Below are positions 10,335-19,062 of a DNA stretch of 64,000 nucleotides, piece after piece; positions within the stretch are counted from its first letter, which is position 1, and the number at the start of each line of letters is the position of its first letter. The stretch is from positions 704,001 through 768,000 of the forward strand of contig JALDAJ010000001.1 of NCBI GenBank assembly GCA_022729235.1. The letters run 5' to 3'. This DNA comes from Candidatus Nanohalarchaeota archaeon (GTDB lineage Archaea > Nanohalarchaeota > Nanosalinia > Nanosalinales > Nanosalinaceae). Below the pieces are notes generated by a model. The model did not search any database. It was given only the letters and a program-made list of their open reading frames with translations, and was not told the origin of the DNA. The position numbers and the translations under genes were made by a program.

Positions 10335-10795
10335 CGTGTCGTGAACTCGCCTTTGACATTTCCCTCAGATATCTTGAAAAACTGCCATTCTTCGGACTTT
10401 GATCCCGGCATACCTGGGCTGCCAGAAGGCATCCCTGGGAGCACTACTGCGTCCGCGTCAGGTTCTTCTTCAACGACCTCGTTGAACACGTCAACTGGGA
10501 CGTGACCCTTGATTACGTAATCATCCATTTCTGTCAGATGACAGGACCAGTAGTTCTCGGGTATCCCGTGCCTCTTGTAGATTTGCTGGAGTTCATGATT
10601 ACTGTGTTCGACTACTTTGATATCGGCTCCTGCTCTCTCAAGATGCTGAACGTGCCCGGTACAACAGTTGCAGTTAGGTGACAGATGAACTGTAGCTTCG
10701 TCGAACTCTGCGTCCTCTGCCGAGCCGCTTGATGCGATGAGTATGCCCGCGACCAGCAGTACTCCGAGCGCTACAATGCCGTGTTTCCAGTTCAT
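10331..10795 (-). CDS. DUF411 (CopG-like) exported metal-binding protein
   Basis: Signal peptide, [21 protein letters not shown] motifs; overlaps copA start. Confidence 0.85.
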   Translation of the reverse strand: MNWKHGIVALGVLLVAGILIASSGSAEDAEFDEATVHLSPNCNCCTGHVQHLERAGADIKVVEHSNHELQQIYKRHGIPENYWSCHLTEMDDYVIKGHVPVDVFNEVVEEEPDADAVVLPGMPSGSPGMPGSKSEEWQFFKISEGNVKGEFTTR

Positions 10796-10850
10796 AATAT
10801 GTCTTATTGTGATACACTGTTTTTATATCATATGCTGATACATCTTCTGT

Positions 10851-11255
10851 ATGTCGGAGCAAAAGGAACTGGATGTCTCAAACACTATCCGGCTCTACAC
10901 TTTACTACTTCTAGAAACTGAGCCTAAGCACGGCTATCGGATAATCAAGGACCTGAAAAAGATCACTGGCAAGGAGCCGACCACTTCGCATATCTACCCG
11001 TTTCTACAGGATCTGGCGGAGGAAGGGTATGTTGACACCAGGAAGGAGGGTAGAAAAAAGATTTATCGGCTGACTGATGACGGTGAAGACTTTGTGCAGG
11101 AGCAGATAGATTCTTTCGCGACAATCCTTGACGCGGCTCTCCAGGACAGGATCGAGGAGTGCGCGCACTGCGACTGCAAGATTTACGACGGTGGCTACGA
11201 GGAGAACGGGAATGTCTACTGCTGTAGTCACTGTGCTGAGGCGGACCAGGGATAG
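10851..11255 (+). CDS. PadR-family regulator with Cys-rich C-terminal metal-binding domain
   Basis: HGYRI..IYPFL..RKKIYRLT wHTH; CAHCDC..YCCSHC tail; divergent from the cop genes. Confidence 0.85.
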   Translation: MSEQKELDVSNTIRLYTLLLLETEPKHGYRIIKDLKKITGKEPTTSHIYPFLQDLAEEGYVDTRKEGRKKIYRLTDDGEDFVQEQIDSFATILDAALQDRIEECAHCDCKIYDGGYEENGNVYCCSHCAEADQG

Positions 11256-11302
11256 CCTGTTCTACAGGGGAGGATTTAATTCTGCAACGGTATGTTAGAG
11301 GC

Positions 11303-11563
11303 ATGCCTGATGAGACAGTTTTCAAGATGGAGGAGCGCATGGAGCCTTTCGAGATAGCCGAGTACCTCCGGGAGATAGCGGACAGGCTCGAGAGAGAAGA
11401 ACCTATAGACCTGAGCTCGGGGGCGCAGTCTGTGAACCTGGAGACGTCGGGGGAAACAGTTTTCGAAGTGGAAGTCGAGAGAGACCGTGAAGACAGCGAG
11501 GAGAAGCTGGAACTGGAGATTGAGTGGAAACGGCGAGAGAGCTCGGGGCTGGAGATAGGTTGA
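11303..11563 (+). CDS. Amphi-Trp domain protein
   Basis: IAEYLREIAD..FEVEVE..LELEIEW. Confidence 0.85.
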   Translation: MPDETVFKMEERMEPFEIAEYLREIADRLEREEPIDLSSGAQSVNLETSGETVFEVEVERDREDSEEKLELEIEWKRRESSGLEIG

Positions 11564-11611
11564 ACCTGTTTCTACAGCTCTAGAAAAAAGAAAAACAAAA
11601 TCTGTTCCTAT

Positions 11612-11923
11612 CTAGTTCTGCTGTTGTTCTTCCTCCATTTCATCGTCTTCTGTTTCTTCATCTTCCATCTCTTCCATCATCTCTTCCATTCTGTCCATCA
11701 TTTCCTCCATCTCCTGCATCATCTCTTCCATCATCTGCTGGTGTTCTTGCATGTGTTCTTGATGTTCCTGCATCTGTTGATGCATCTGCTGTCTCTGCTG
11801 GTCTTCAGGCATCTCTTCTTCGTCTTCTTCCATCTCTCCGTTGTGCATCATCGCTGTCGCGGAAGAGGCTAGACCGATAGCCAGGATAGCGATAAGCGCT
11901 GTCGAGAATAGTTTTTTGTTCAT
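11612..11923 (-). CDS. Secreted Met/Glu/Gln/His-rich low-complexity protein
   Basis: Signal peptide MNKKLFSTALIAILAIGLASSATA; GGTGA SD upstream. Confidence 0.75.
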   Translation of the reverse strand: MNKKLFSTALIAILAIGLASSATAMMHNGEMEEDEEEMPEDQQRQQMHQQMQEHQEHMQEHQQMMEEMMQEMEEMMDRMEEMMEEMEDEETEDDEMEEEQQQN

Positions 11924-12070
11924 CTTGGTCACCCGTGATGTGGCTGTCTGCCGCATTAAATAGGCATTACTGTGGTACAGTGTTACTGTCAAAGTCGGAA
12001 AATCTAGAAATTTATTTGGAAACTCGGAACGTTTTCTGGGCATATCAAATCTGTGGAGAGGAAACTTCGT

Positions 12071-12144
12071 TCCCGACCCCCCGATTTGAACGGGGGACAA
12101 GTCGCTCTACAGGCGACCGCTCTGCCAGACTGAGCTAGGTCGGG
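12071..12144 (-). tRNA. tRNA-Tyr (GTA), no intron
   Basis: CCCGACC/GGTCGGG acceptor with C1:G72, GTCGC-CTGTAGA-GCGAC anticodon arm, TTCAAAT T-loop. Confidence 0.96.
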
Positions 12145-12220
12145 AAATGGCTTTCAGGCGTGATCGACCGGTCAGACCAGAAACCTGTATGGTTTCGACC
12201 TGAGCTAGGTCGGGAAATGG
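12130..12220 (-). repeat. 21 bp direct repeat of tRNA-Tyr 5' end and leader with hairpin insert
   Basis: ctgagctaggtcgggaaatgg at 12130-12150 and 12200-12220. Confidence 0.9.
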
Positions 12221-12253
12221 TTTCCGACAATGTCAAGGTAGAAGGTCAAGTTT

Positions 12254-13615
12254 TTAAGTGTCGCGCGGGTTGAAGCCGACTTCGACCTCACTGCTCTCTT
12301 TTGGTTCTCTTTCCTCGGATTTCAGCTCTGCTTCTGGCAGTGTCACGTCACCTTCCACCTCGAACAGAGGGTTGATTGTGTACTCGAACACTCTCTGGTC
12401 GCCAGGTTCAAGTTCTTCTATATCCCAGGTGAGTCTTGTCCCGTTCGGGGTTTTCCGGATCACGGGGCGTGCCATGGCGAACTTGTCGTTTACAGAGGCG
12501 ATGTCAGGTACGAAGTCGGTGAGTTCTACGTTTTTCAGTGTCTCGTTTGACCTGTTCTCTACCTCTATATGGATTTTGACGCCGTCCTCTGTTTCTCGCC
12601 CTGTTTTCACTAGTTTCACAGGATTTCTTAACCTCTTCAGGAGAACCAGTCCTCCGAGCAGGGCTGCCAGGATTGTCAGCGGTATCCAGTACTGGATGGT
12701 GTAGCTTACCGAATCGCTGCTTCCAGGTTCAAGTTCGAGGTTCCATGTGTATACGTAAGAGTCTTCGTGTATCTCGGTCTGGTCAGGTTCCTGGTCAAAA
12801 CTTGTTATCGGTGATAGGTATCTTGGCAGGGTTTCCTGGAGTTCTACAGGATTCTCAGTGTTTCCCTGGTTTTCCGCTCCGATTGTTTTAAAGTAGAAAA
12901 GTATCCTATTGTCAACGTCGACGGTTCTTTCGATTTTCTCAAGTCGCTCTACTTCAACGCGGTGTCCTGTGACCTCCCCCTGTGTTTCTCCACGTTCGAT
13001 GTAGAATGTTACGTCTTGATCTCCTGGAGGGGTGTTTTCAGGTATTTCCAGGGAAAGAGTCATCATGACCTGTGAACTTGGATCCAGTGGTAGCCCGGAT
13101 TTATTGACCTGGTGGCCCCCTAACTCTGCTCTGATGGAGTAGTCTTCAACTGTTTCTCGTGCTGTGTTTGCTAATTCTATCGTGTACTCTGCTTCTTCAC
13201 CGGGTTCGTAGCTTGCCTTGTTGCTGGATAAACGGGTTATCGAAATATCGTATGGGCTTTTAACTGCGAACTGTGATTCCAGTTTTTGTGTCTGATCTCC
13301 TGCGTTTATGAAGACGTTGAACATGTAGTTCTGCTGCAGTATATCATCAGGAGGTGTCACCTGTATTTCGAGCGTCTTTGTTTCTCCAGGGTCCAGAAAA
13401 GTATTGGATTTTTCAACATTGAACCACTGTGAGTGAGGATTGACGCTTGTTGAGAAGAGTTCTCTCTCGCCGAGAGTGTTTTCGACTGTTAGCTCGAATT
13501 GACCGGGGTTATCGGTGCTTGCGGTCCTGTCAATGGTTTCTATCGAGGCGGAGAAGGCTGCTGCCGTTCCTGCCAGCAGGATCAAGAAGGCTGCTGTGAC
13601 GGCACTTTTACGCAT
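12254..13615 (-). CDS. Membrane-anchored surface protein with Ig-like (NEW3/COG1470-type) domains
   Basis: Signal peptide, repeated beta-sandwich motifs (V.N.G..L.PG), TM helix near residue 315. Confidence 0.7.
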   Translation of the reverse strand: MRKSAVTAAFLILLAGTAAAFSASIETIDRTASTDNPGQFELTVENTLGERELFSTSVNPHSQWFNVEKSNTFLDPGETKTLEIQVTPPDDILQQNYMFNVFINAGDQTQKLESQFAVKSPYDISITRLSSNKASYEPGEEAEYTIELANTARETVEDYSIRAELGGHQVNKSGLPLDPSSQVMMTLSLEIPENTPPGDQDVTFYIERGETQGEVTGHRVEVERLEKIERTVDVDNRILFYFKTIGAENQGNTENPVELQETLPRYLSPITSFDQEPDQTEIHEDSYVYTWNLELEPGSSDSVSYTIQYWIPLTILAALLGGLVLLKRLRNPVKLVKTGRETEDGVKIHIEVENRSNETLKNVELTDFVPDIASVNDKFAMARPVIRKTPNGTRLTWDIEELEPGDQRVFEYTINPLFEVEGDVTLPEAELKSEEREPKESSEVEVGFNPRDT

Positions 13616-13697
13616 GGTGTAGCTTTGTCCTCTGAATATTTAAAACCGCGATACCCATGGATAGACCTTTTTAAACAGCAGAGCACCGATTTCTTTT

Positions 13698-14759
13698 ATG
13701 GAGGAAGATGTTCTAGTACTCGGGGCAGGATTCGCAGGGATAAACACTTCTCTAAGACTTTCGAGAAAAGGATTCGAGGTTACTCTGGTGGATATGAATA
13801 GTTCCCACGAGTTCACGCCGGGTATAATAGACCTGTTCGGGGATAGGATTACAGAGAAAAGTCTAAGTCTTGATATGGAAGAGTTCCTGGACGGGACAGG
13901 CATACAGTTTGAGCAGGAGCTTGTCGAAGGTATAAACCCTGATAAAGAAGTTGTTCATACAGGTAGCGGGGATTATCACTATGATTATCTCGTAGTTGCG
14001 CTAGGTGGAGACGTAAAGACAAACGGCGTCGACATCTCGGAGGCGGTAACCGTATACAGTATTGAAGATGCAAAGAGGATACGTGAGCAGATCGGAGATG
14101 TGGACGAGGTTTTGGTGGTAGGGGCAGGCTACACAGGTATAGAAGCTGCCACAGAACTCCGGTTACAGGGTCTGGGTGTCACTGTTGTAGATAAGTCTAC
14201 TCGCCCTATGCCGTGCTCGACTGAGGAGGTCTCGCATACTGTCCTTGACTACATGAACGAGAAGGGGATAAAATTCAGGGGAGGTAAGAAAGTAGTTGAT
14301 GTCACGGAGAACGGGGTTGAGACAGAAGAAGATGAGATAAACGCGGATATGGTGGTCTGGGCAGGAGGCATCAGGTCCTCGAAAGTGGTGAGAGATTCAT
14401 TTGACACTGATAGCGGTCTGCCGGTGAATGCCGGGCTTTCATCAGAAGAGTACTCGAACGTCTTCGCCGCGGGAGACTGTGCTGATACGGATGCCCTGAA
14501 CACGGCGCAGAATGCCGAGAAACAGGGTAGGCTTATAGCCGAGAACATGCTGAAGAGAGAGGATGAAAGCCTGGAGGGTTATGAGCCTGGAAAGGAGCTT
14601 CTCGTGGTTTCTATGGGTGACACAGGGATGCTGGTACACGGCGATCGTGTTTTCAAGAACAGGTCTTTCCGGTTCCTGAAGAAGTTGATACGGAGGATGT
14701 ATTTCCTGAGACTGAGCTATGAGAAGATGAGAATCAGGGTTTCTCGCATCTTCGGATAG
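13698..14759 (+). CDS. NAD(P)/FAD-dependent oxidoreductase (NDH-2/SQR-like)
   Basis: GAGFAG, YDYLVVALG, GAGYTGIE, VFAAGD motifs. Confidence 0.88.
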   Translation: MEEDVLVLGAGFAGINTSLRLSRKGFEVTLVDMNSSHEFTPGIIDLFGDRITEKSLSLDMEEFLDGTGIQFEQELVEGINPDKEVVHTGSGDYHYDYLVVALGGDVKTNGVDISEAVTVYSIEDAKRIREQIGDVDEVLVVGAGYTGIEAATELRLQGLGVTVVDKSTRPMPCSTEEVSHTVLDYMNEKGIKFRGGKKVVDVTENGVETEEDEINADMVVWAGGIRSSKVVRDSFDTDSGLPVNAGLSSEEYSNVFAAGDCADTDALNTAQNAEKQGRLIAENMLKREDESLEGYEPGKELLVVSMGDTGMLVHGDRVFKNRSFRFLKKLIRRMYFLRLSYEKMRIRVSRIFG

Positions 14760-14887
14760 TTGTAATACATAATTCTGTATAAAGCGTTATTAGGCATTTT
14801 TGTAATGCGATGGTATTACAATTGCTGGTTTTTGGGCGGAGGATATAGGTTCTCAAATTAATAAGCGAGCTGTGAGATTTTGTGTTT

Positions 14888-15706
14888 ATGCAGATCGTAA
14901 ATGAGGAAGATGTTTCCGGCGAGAGGTGGCTGGGGTTTGAATGGTCTGACTGGTCTCTGCTCAAGCCACGCACAAAGAAGATTTCGCAGGTCCCTGAGAC
15001 ACCAGGTTTTTTCCGTATAAAGAAAGTAGGCGGTCGGGGACTGGATTATGTTGGACAGACTGGGCGAAATCTCAAGGAGCGTCTTATCCACCTTGCCAAC
15101 CAGGTGAATGCTGATAAGAGACCGGACGACTCGAAGTCGTCTGCGAAGCATCTATGGGAGTTAAAGGATTTTGGTGGTGGCAGGTTCGAGTTCTCTTATA
15201 TCAACCCGAATATCGCGCGTTCAGAGATTGATAGGCTGGGTCTGGAGAACGTTATGTTCGCGATGCATGTCCGGTACAGGGGTAAGAGTCCTACCGTAAA
15301 TCTTGACCGCAAACTGAATACGCGGGAGAGTGAGTCGGTCCTGGATAGGCTGGAATGGGGTATGGGGGAGATGACTTCCCGGGACTGGATGGGTCTGGAC
15401 TGGACGGAGCCCCGGAGGATGAAGGATCGGATGGAAATCGACTGCTCTCACGTAGTCTACCGCATCTGGTTCCCGGATTTTACACCGCCCCTGGCCTACA
15501 TCGGTAAGAGTACGAACGTCGCCAACCGCCTGATAAAACATGAGAAAAAGTTTGGTTCGAGCGCTCTCTTTTCAGTAGCTCCTATCAAATCCAATCTGAA
15601 GGATGTTGAGGCTTCACTGATAGCGAACCACTACATAACTACCAATACTTTGCCCAAGGGACAGGATGGTAGAAGAAACAAGTTCAGGTGGAGACACAAC
15701 AAATAA
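14888..15706 (+). CDS. Tandem GIY-YIG nuclease-domain protein
   Basis: PGFFRI..YVGQTGRNLKERL and VVYRI..YIGKSTNVANRL, each preceded by a W(L/M)GxxW(S/T) motif. Confidence 0.75.
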   Translation: MQIVNEEDVSGERWLGFEWSDWSLLKPRTKKISQVPETPGFFRIKKVGGRGLDYVGQTGRNLKERLIHLANQVNADKRPDDSKSSAKHLWELKDFGGGRFEFSYINPNIARSEIDRLGLENVMFAMHVRYRGKSPTVNLDRKLNTRESESVLDRLEWGMGEMTSRDWMGLDWTEPRRMKDRMEIDCSHVVYRIWFPDFTPPLAYIGKSTNVANRLIKHEKKFGSSALFSVAPIKSNLKDVEASLIANHYITTNTLPKGQDGRRNKFRWRHNK

Positions 15707-15879
15707 ACGCTTTATAATCGTCCATTTTGTGTTTGGAGATATTAAAATATTTTTATCCGGGTTTGATGACTTATCCTATATTTTATCCTTATTTTGACCT
15801 TATTATAGAGTTTTAAGCTCTCTAGGCGTTGTTTAAAAGACCCTAAGTTTAAATAACGAATTTTACGCGTTTCTATAAT

Positions 15880-16302
15880 ATGGTGAAACATGCGTCCAAG
15901 ACGACGATTCTAACGTTTCTCATAACCTCTTTGATTCTAATACCTTCTGTAAGCGCCCAGGAGGAAGATAGCGGTCCCGAGATAGAGATGGTGGAGCCCT
16001 GGCCCTCAGATGTAGGGCACAACGACTACCTGTACACTGATGCTCGTATAGAAAGTACAGGGGATGAAGTTGATGCCTGGTACGAAGTAAAAGATGAGGC
16101 TGGTAACTTAGAGGGAGAAAGAGAGATTGTGGACACAGTGGGTGACGGGTACTACGTCAGCCCCAGGGCGATACAGGTTGAAGGCGGTGAGACTTATGAT
16201 GTTGAAGTTACTGCCTGTGAAGCCGGTGGAGAGTGCAGCTCGAAACAGGTTACGGTCATGACGGAGTGCATGATAGACTTACTCGGGGACTGCATGTACT
16301 GA
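15880..16302 (+). CDS. Secreted protein (Ig-like)
   Basis: Signal peptide ending VSA; acidic, four Cys. Confidence 0.7.
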   Translation: MVKHASKTTILTFLITSLILIPSVSAQEEDSGPEIEMVEPWPSDVGHNDYLYTDARIESTGDEVDAWYEVKDEAGNLEGEREIVDTVGDGYYVSPRAIQVEGGETYDVEVTACEAGGECSSKQVTVMTECMIDLLGDCMY

Positions 16303-16386
16303 TACCCTCTATTTTTCTCTATTTTTATCTAAGATATTTCGCTGTGAAGCCAAGGCATATACAGCAGGATGTCAAGTAATCATATT

Positions 16387-16497
16387 ATGTCCGAGCTACT
16401 GCAGTTTTTACCCACTAGCAAAGGGGAAGGAGTCCTGTTCTTCGCATTTCTCTACCTGGTTTACATGGCAGGAAAGAAGATAAGAGACAGGTTCTAG
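16387..16497 (+). CDS. 36 aa single-TM microprotein (not in ORF track)
   Basis: MSELLQFLPTSKGEGVLFFAFLYLVYMAGKKIRDRF; hydrophobic core plus basic tail. Confidence 0.5.
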   Translation: MSELLQFLPTSKGEGVLFFAFLYLVYMAGKKIRDRF

Positions 16498-16508
16498 GAC
16501 CATGATTA

Positions 16509-17135
16509 TCAAGTCTCACGCTCCGGCTTCCCGTCTTCATCATCTTCTTCTCCAAAGCCCGCACTGAACGTCCTCTTCAGTATTTTCTCCCGCGGTTCAT
16601 CGGGTTCGAAGAACTTCTCGTCTTCCACCTCTATTACGTGACCTGACGCGACATTAGGCGAGGTCGGTAGGAAGAGGACTTCACGACCGTCCTCCGCGGT
16701 GTTGCCTGTCCTGTACGCGGTAAGTCTTGTACCATCAAAGTCCAGTTTCACAGGGTCTGTCAACCTGTCACTGCCGTGGAAGAGAGTGTCTGAAGCTGCT
16801 TTCGTGAGGCTGTAAACCCTGCCCAGCAACGGAACCCTGTCCATCGACCGGTCCAGCGCCTTCTCCGCCCTCAAACCCGGCGAGGTACCGGTCAGAAAGC
16901 CCGTTAAAGCCACCAGCAGAGCTCCCCCGAAAAGGAATACCGCGAGCTGTAAAGCTCTGTTAACAGGGTCGTACGCGGTGACTTCAAGGAGAGCCATCCC
17001 CGGTATCGCCTCTATACGCTGCACCAGCCAGAATATGACGTAGAGCGTTACCAGGATCGGCGCCAGAACGACAGCTCCGCGGGTAACGAAACGCCTGTCT
17101 AACCAGCCTCCGTTTCCAGAGTCGCCTTCAGCCAT
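16509..17135 (-). CDS. DUF502 membrane protein
   Basis: RVPLLGRVY and FLPTSPNVASG motifs. Confidence 0.85.
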   Translation of the reverse strand: MAEGDSGNGGWLDRRFVTRGAVVLAPILVTLYVIFWLVQRIEAIPGMALLEVTAYDPVNRALQLAVFLFGGALLVALTGFLTGTSPGLRAEKALDRSMDRVPLLGRVYSLTKAASDTLFHGSDRLTDPVKLDFDGTRLTAYRTGNTAEDGREVLFLPTSPNVASGHVIEVEDEKFFEPDEPREKILKRTFSAGFGEEDDEDGKPERET

Positions 17136-17239
17136 ATGTGCTTCTATAGCTGAAAAACAGTGAGTATTACGGTGGCGAAGCATAACTGTCCGTGACTATC
17201 AACCAAACTCTACTAAATGATTGCGGAGAAAACGGTGTT

Positions 17240-17329
17240 ATGGTAGAATTCGAGACACGCATATTCGAAAGGAATATGCTTCGATTGAATTCTATCGAAC
17301 AACGTGATAAAAATGGTAGAATTCGAGAC
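17240..17329 (+). repeat. 17 bp direct repeat of a gene start with hairpin insert
   Basis: atggtagaattcgagac at 17240-17256 and 17313-17329. Confidence 0.85.
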
Positions 17330-17588
17330 TATTGAGAAGGAAAGACAGGACTACGGAAACTTCCCTGGAGAAAAATTCATCGAGGTGTCCCGGAACAAAG
17401 CTATACAGGATGACGGCACTGAAAACTCGTTCATACAGATCTCCACCGGGTATTACGATGAGGTGGGAGACGCCGGGTACAAGAAAAGGTTCACCGTACC
17501 GACCGACGAAAAAGCAGTCGAACACATAGTGGAAAAACTACCGGAAATCTTCGAAAAAGAACAGGAAGCACGGGAAGAAGCAGAATAG
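17313..17588 (+). CDS. Conserved-looking hypothetical protein (possible PC4/Whirly-like fold)
   Basis: FIEVSR..FIQISTGYY..YKKRFTVP beta-beta-alpha pattern. Confidence 0.7.
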   Translation: MVEFETIEKERQDYGNFPGEKFIEVSRNKAIQDDGTENSFIQISTGYYDEVGDAGYKKRFTVPTDEKAVEHIVEKLPEIFEKEQEAREEAE

Positions 17589-17784
17589 GGCTTGAAGACA
17601 GGAAAAATAGGCTCATAAAGAGCCGGGATCAACAAGTCCCGGAACTCCTAGAAAGCTTCAGAGAAGCTTTCCTGAGCAGGGTCTCGGATACATCTCACAA
17701 ATGCATCGACGACCTTACCATAAACAACCGACTACAACCTTAAATAACAAGCCAGGGACTAGGTCCGTACACAGATAATAGGCT

Positions 17785-17952
17785 AGCCCCCGGTGGGATT
17801 TGAACCCACGGCTTATCCCTAGCTTGCTTCGCGCTTTTTATCCGGCATCCTGTTGGAAGCCGGACTCGAAACTCTGCGAGTTTCTGCGCCTCGCAACTTG
17901 TGAGTTGCTCGGTTACAAGGGGATCGCTCTAGCCAGACTGAGCCACGGAGGC
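17785..17952 (-). tRNA. tRNA-Thr (TGT) with 93 nt intron at 37/38 (17821-17913)
   Basis: GCCTCCG/CGGGGGC acceptor; ATCCC-CTTGTA|intron|A-GGGAT; BHB central helix CTTG/CAAG. Confidence 0.92.
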
Positions 17953-18186
17953 GTCGATGTCTGATAGAGAATCTGGTTCTGTTAACAGTTAAATACTTGG
18001 TTGGCTGCTATGTCTCATAGAATTATTGCTCAGTCTTCTCTTTCCTTTTCTACAAGGTCTTTTATCTTCATGAGGAGGTAGAAGATGAGGAGGTATCTCC
18101 AGTATTTCCTAAGTGTTCTCCTTACGCCCATGCCGGTTAAAGAACCGTCACAGTTTATCAGGACTGCTTCATTCCTGTGAAGAGAT

Positions 18187-18483
18187 TTATTCTGTCACGT
18201 CGCTTGGATCGGGCGCCCTGTTCTTGACCTCTTTCTTCGCTGCATCCTTGATTCTTTTGATATTGCTGCTTCTTTCGCATTCCGGGCATTCGATCCACCA
18301 TGGCCGAGAACCTAGTTCTTCGCTTCTTTCGAATTCGTGTCCGCAGAACGGGCAGGTCATCTGGTAGTGGAATGTCTCGTTGTCGTATGAGAACATCTTG
18401 ATCTGCCCTGTTTCCTCGCCGTCATCGTTTTCCAGTTTGCGGTTGGTAACGTACTCGGCTTTATCGTAGTCGATCTCTTTCAT
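18187..18483 (-). CDS. Zinc-ribbon protein
   Basis: CPFC..CPEC. Confidence 0.75.
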   Translation of the reverse strand: MKEIDYDKAEYVTNRKLENDDGEETGQIKMFSYDNETFHYQMTCPFCGHEFERSEELGSRPWWIECPECERSSNIKRIKDAAKKEVKNRAPDPSDVTE

Positions 18484-18528
18484 CTTTCTATCAATACCTT
18501 GACAACTGTAAGTTTTAAGTTTTTGATT

Positions 18529-19008
18529 TCAGCCCACCATTTTACGGTATACGGGTTCTACGTCTTCCTCATCCAGGTCTATCTCTGTCTTTTCAAGTCC
18601 TTCCGCATCAAACAGGGCTTTCCCTATCTCCAGAAAGTCTTTTGGTTCATCGAACTTGAGATGCTTGATGTCCGGGTTGTACCGTTTCAGATTCCTGTAA
18701 TCCCATTCTCGTTCCGTGTTCAGGATGCGCAGGTCGTACCCCATGACTGTTGCGAGAAACGCCCGAGCCGCGTCCTCCTTCGATTCAATCCGCGCGTAAG
18801 CCTGCTCGTCCACAGGGCTTCCGTTCAACCCCTCTCGTTCTTCTCCATTGACTTTGTAGATCTCCACCCCAGGAGTTCTGCCCAGGATTTCGGGGTCGTC
18901 TGTCTCCACCACGAGTTTTCCCGAGTCTTCCCGGATATCCTCGACTTTCTTTTCAAGGTTCTCTTTGAGTTTCTCGATTTTCTCTGTAGGCGTAACCTCG
19001 ATTTCCAT
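18529..19008 (-). CDS. Hypothetical protein, possibly a degenerate ThiI-like fold
   Basis: Acidic ORF; see findings. Confidence 0.7.
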   Translation of the reverse strand: MEIEVTPTEKIEKLKENLEKKVEDIREDSGKLVVETDDPEILGRTPGVEIYKVNGEEREGLNGSPVDEQAYARIESKEDAARAFLATVMGYDLRILNTEREWDYRNLKRYNPDIKHLKFDEPKDFLEIGKALFDAEGLEKTEIDLDEEDVEPVYRKMVG

Positions 19009-19062
19009 ATGATTTGTTACTTGCAAGGAAAGCTTTTATGTAACGGCTCTAAACGCGTTAAC

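Noticed and set aside
8254-10505. Long plus-strand ORFs opposite copA (and similar ones opposite mcm, lig, cca)
   Set aside because: Antisense shadows of acidic genes (Ser/Phe-rich, no motifs).
11612-11850. Microsatellite-like catct/cttc repeats
   Set aside because: They reflect Met/Glu/Gln codons of a low-complexity protein.
12130-12220. Split or permuted tRNA half, or a D-loop intron
   Set aside because: A complete intron-less tRNA-Tyr is present, and no convincing BHB forms at the fragment junction.
18070-18095. atgaggaggta direct repeat
   Set aside because: 11 bp, 15 bp apart, no inverted arm; likely local slippage.
18499-19062. N-terminal 188 codons of the 324 aa ORF
   Set aside because: Antisense to the 18529-19008 gene; the real start is most likely the ATG at 19063.
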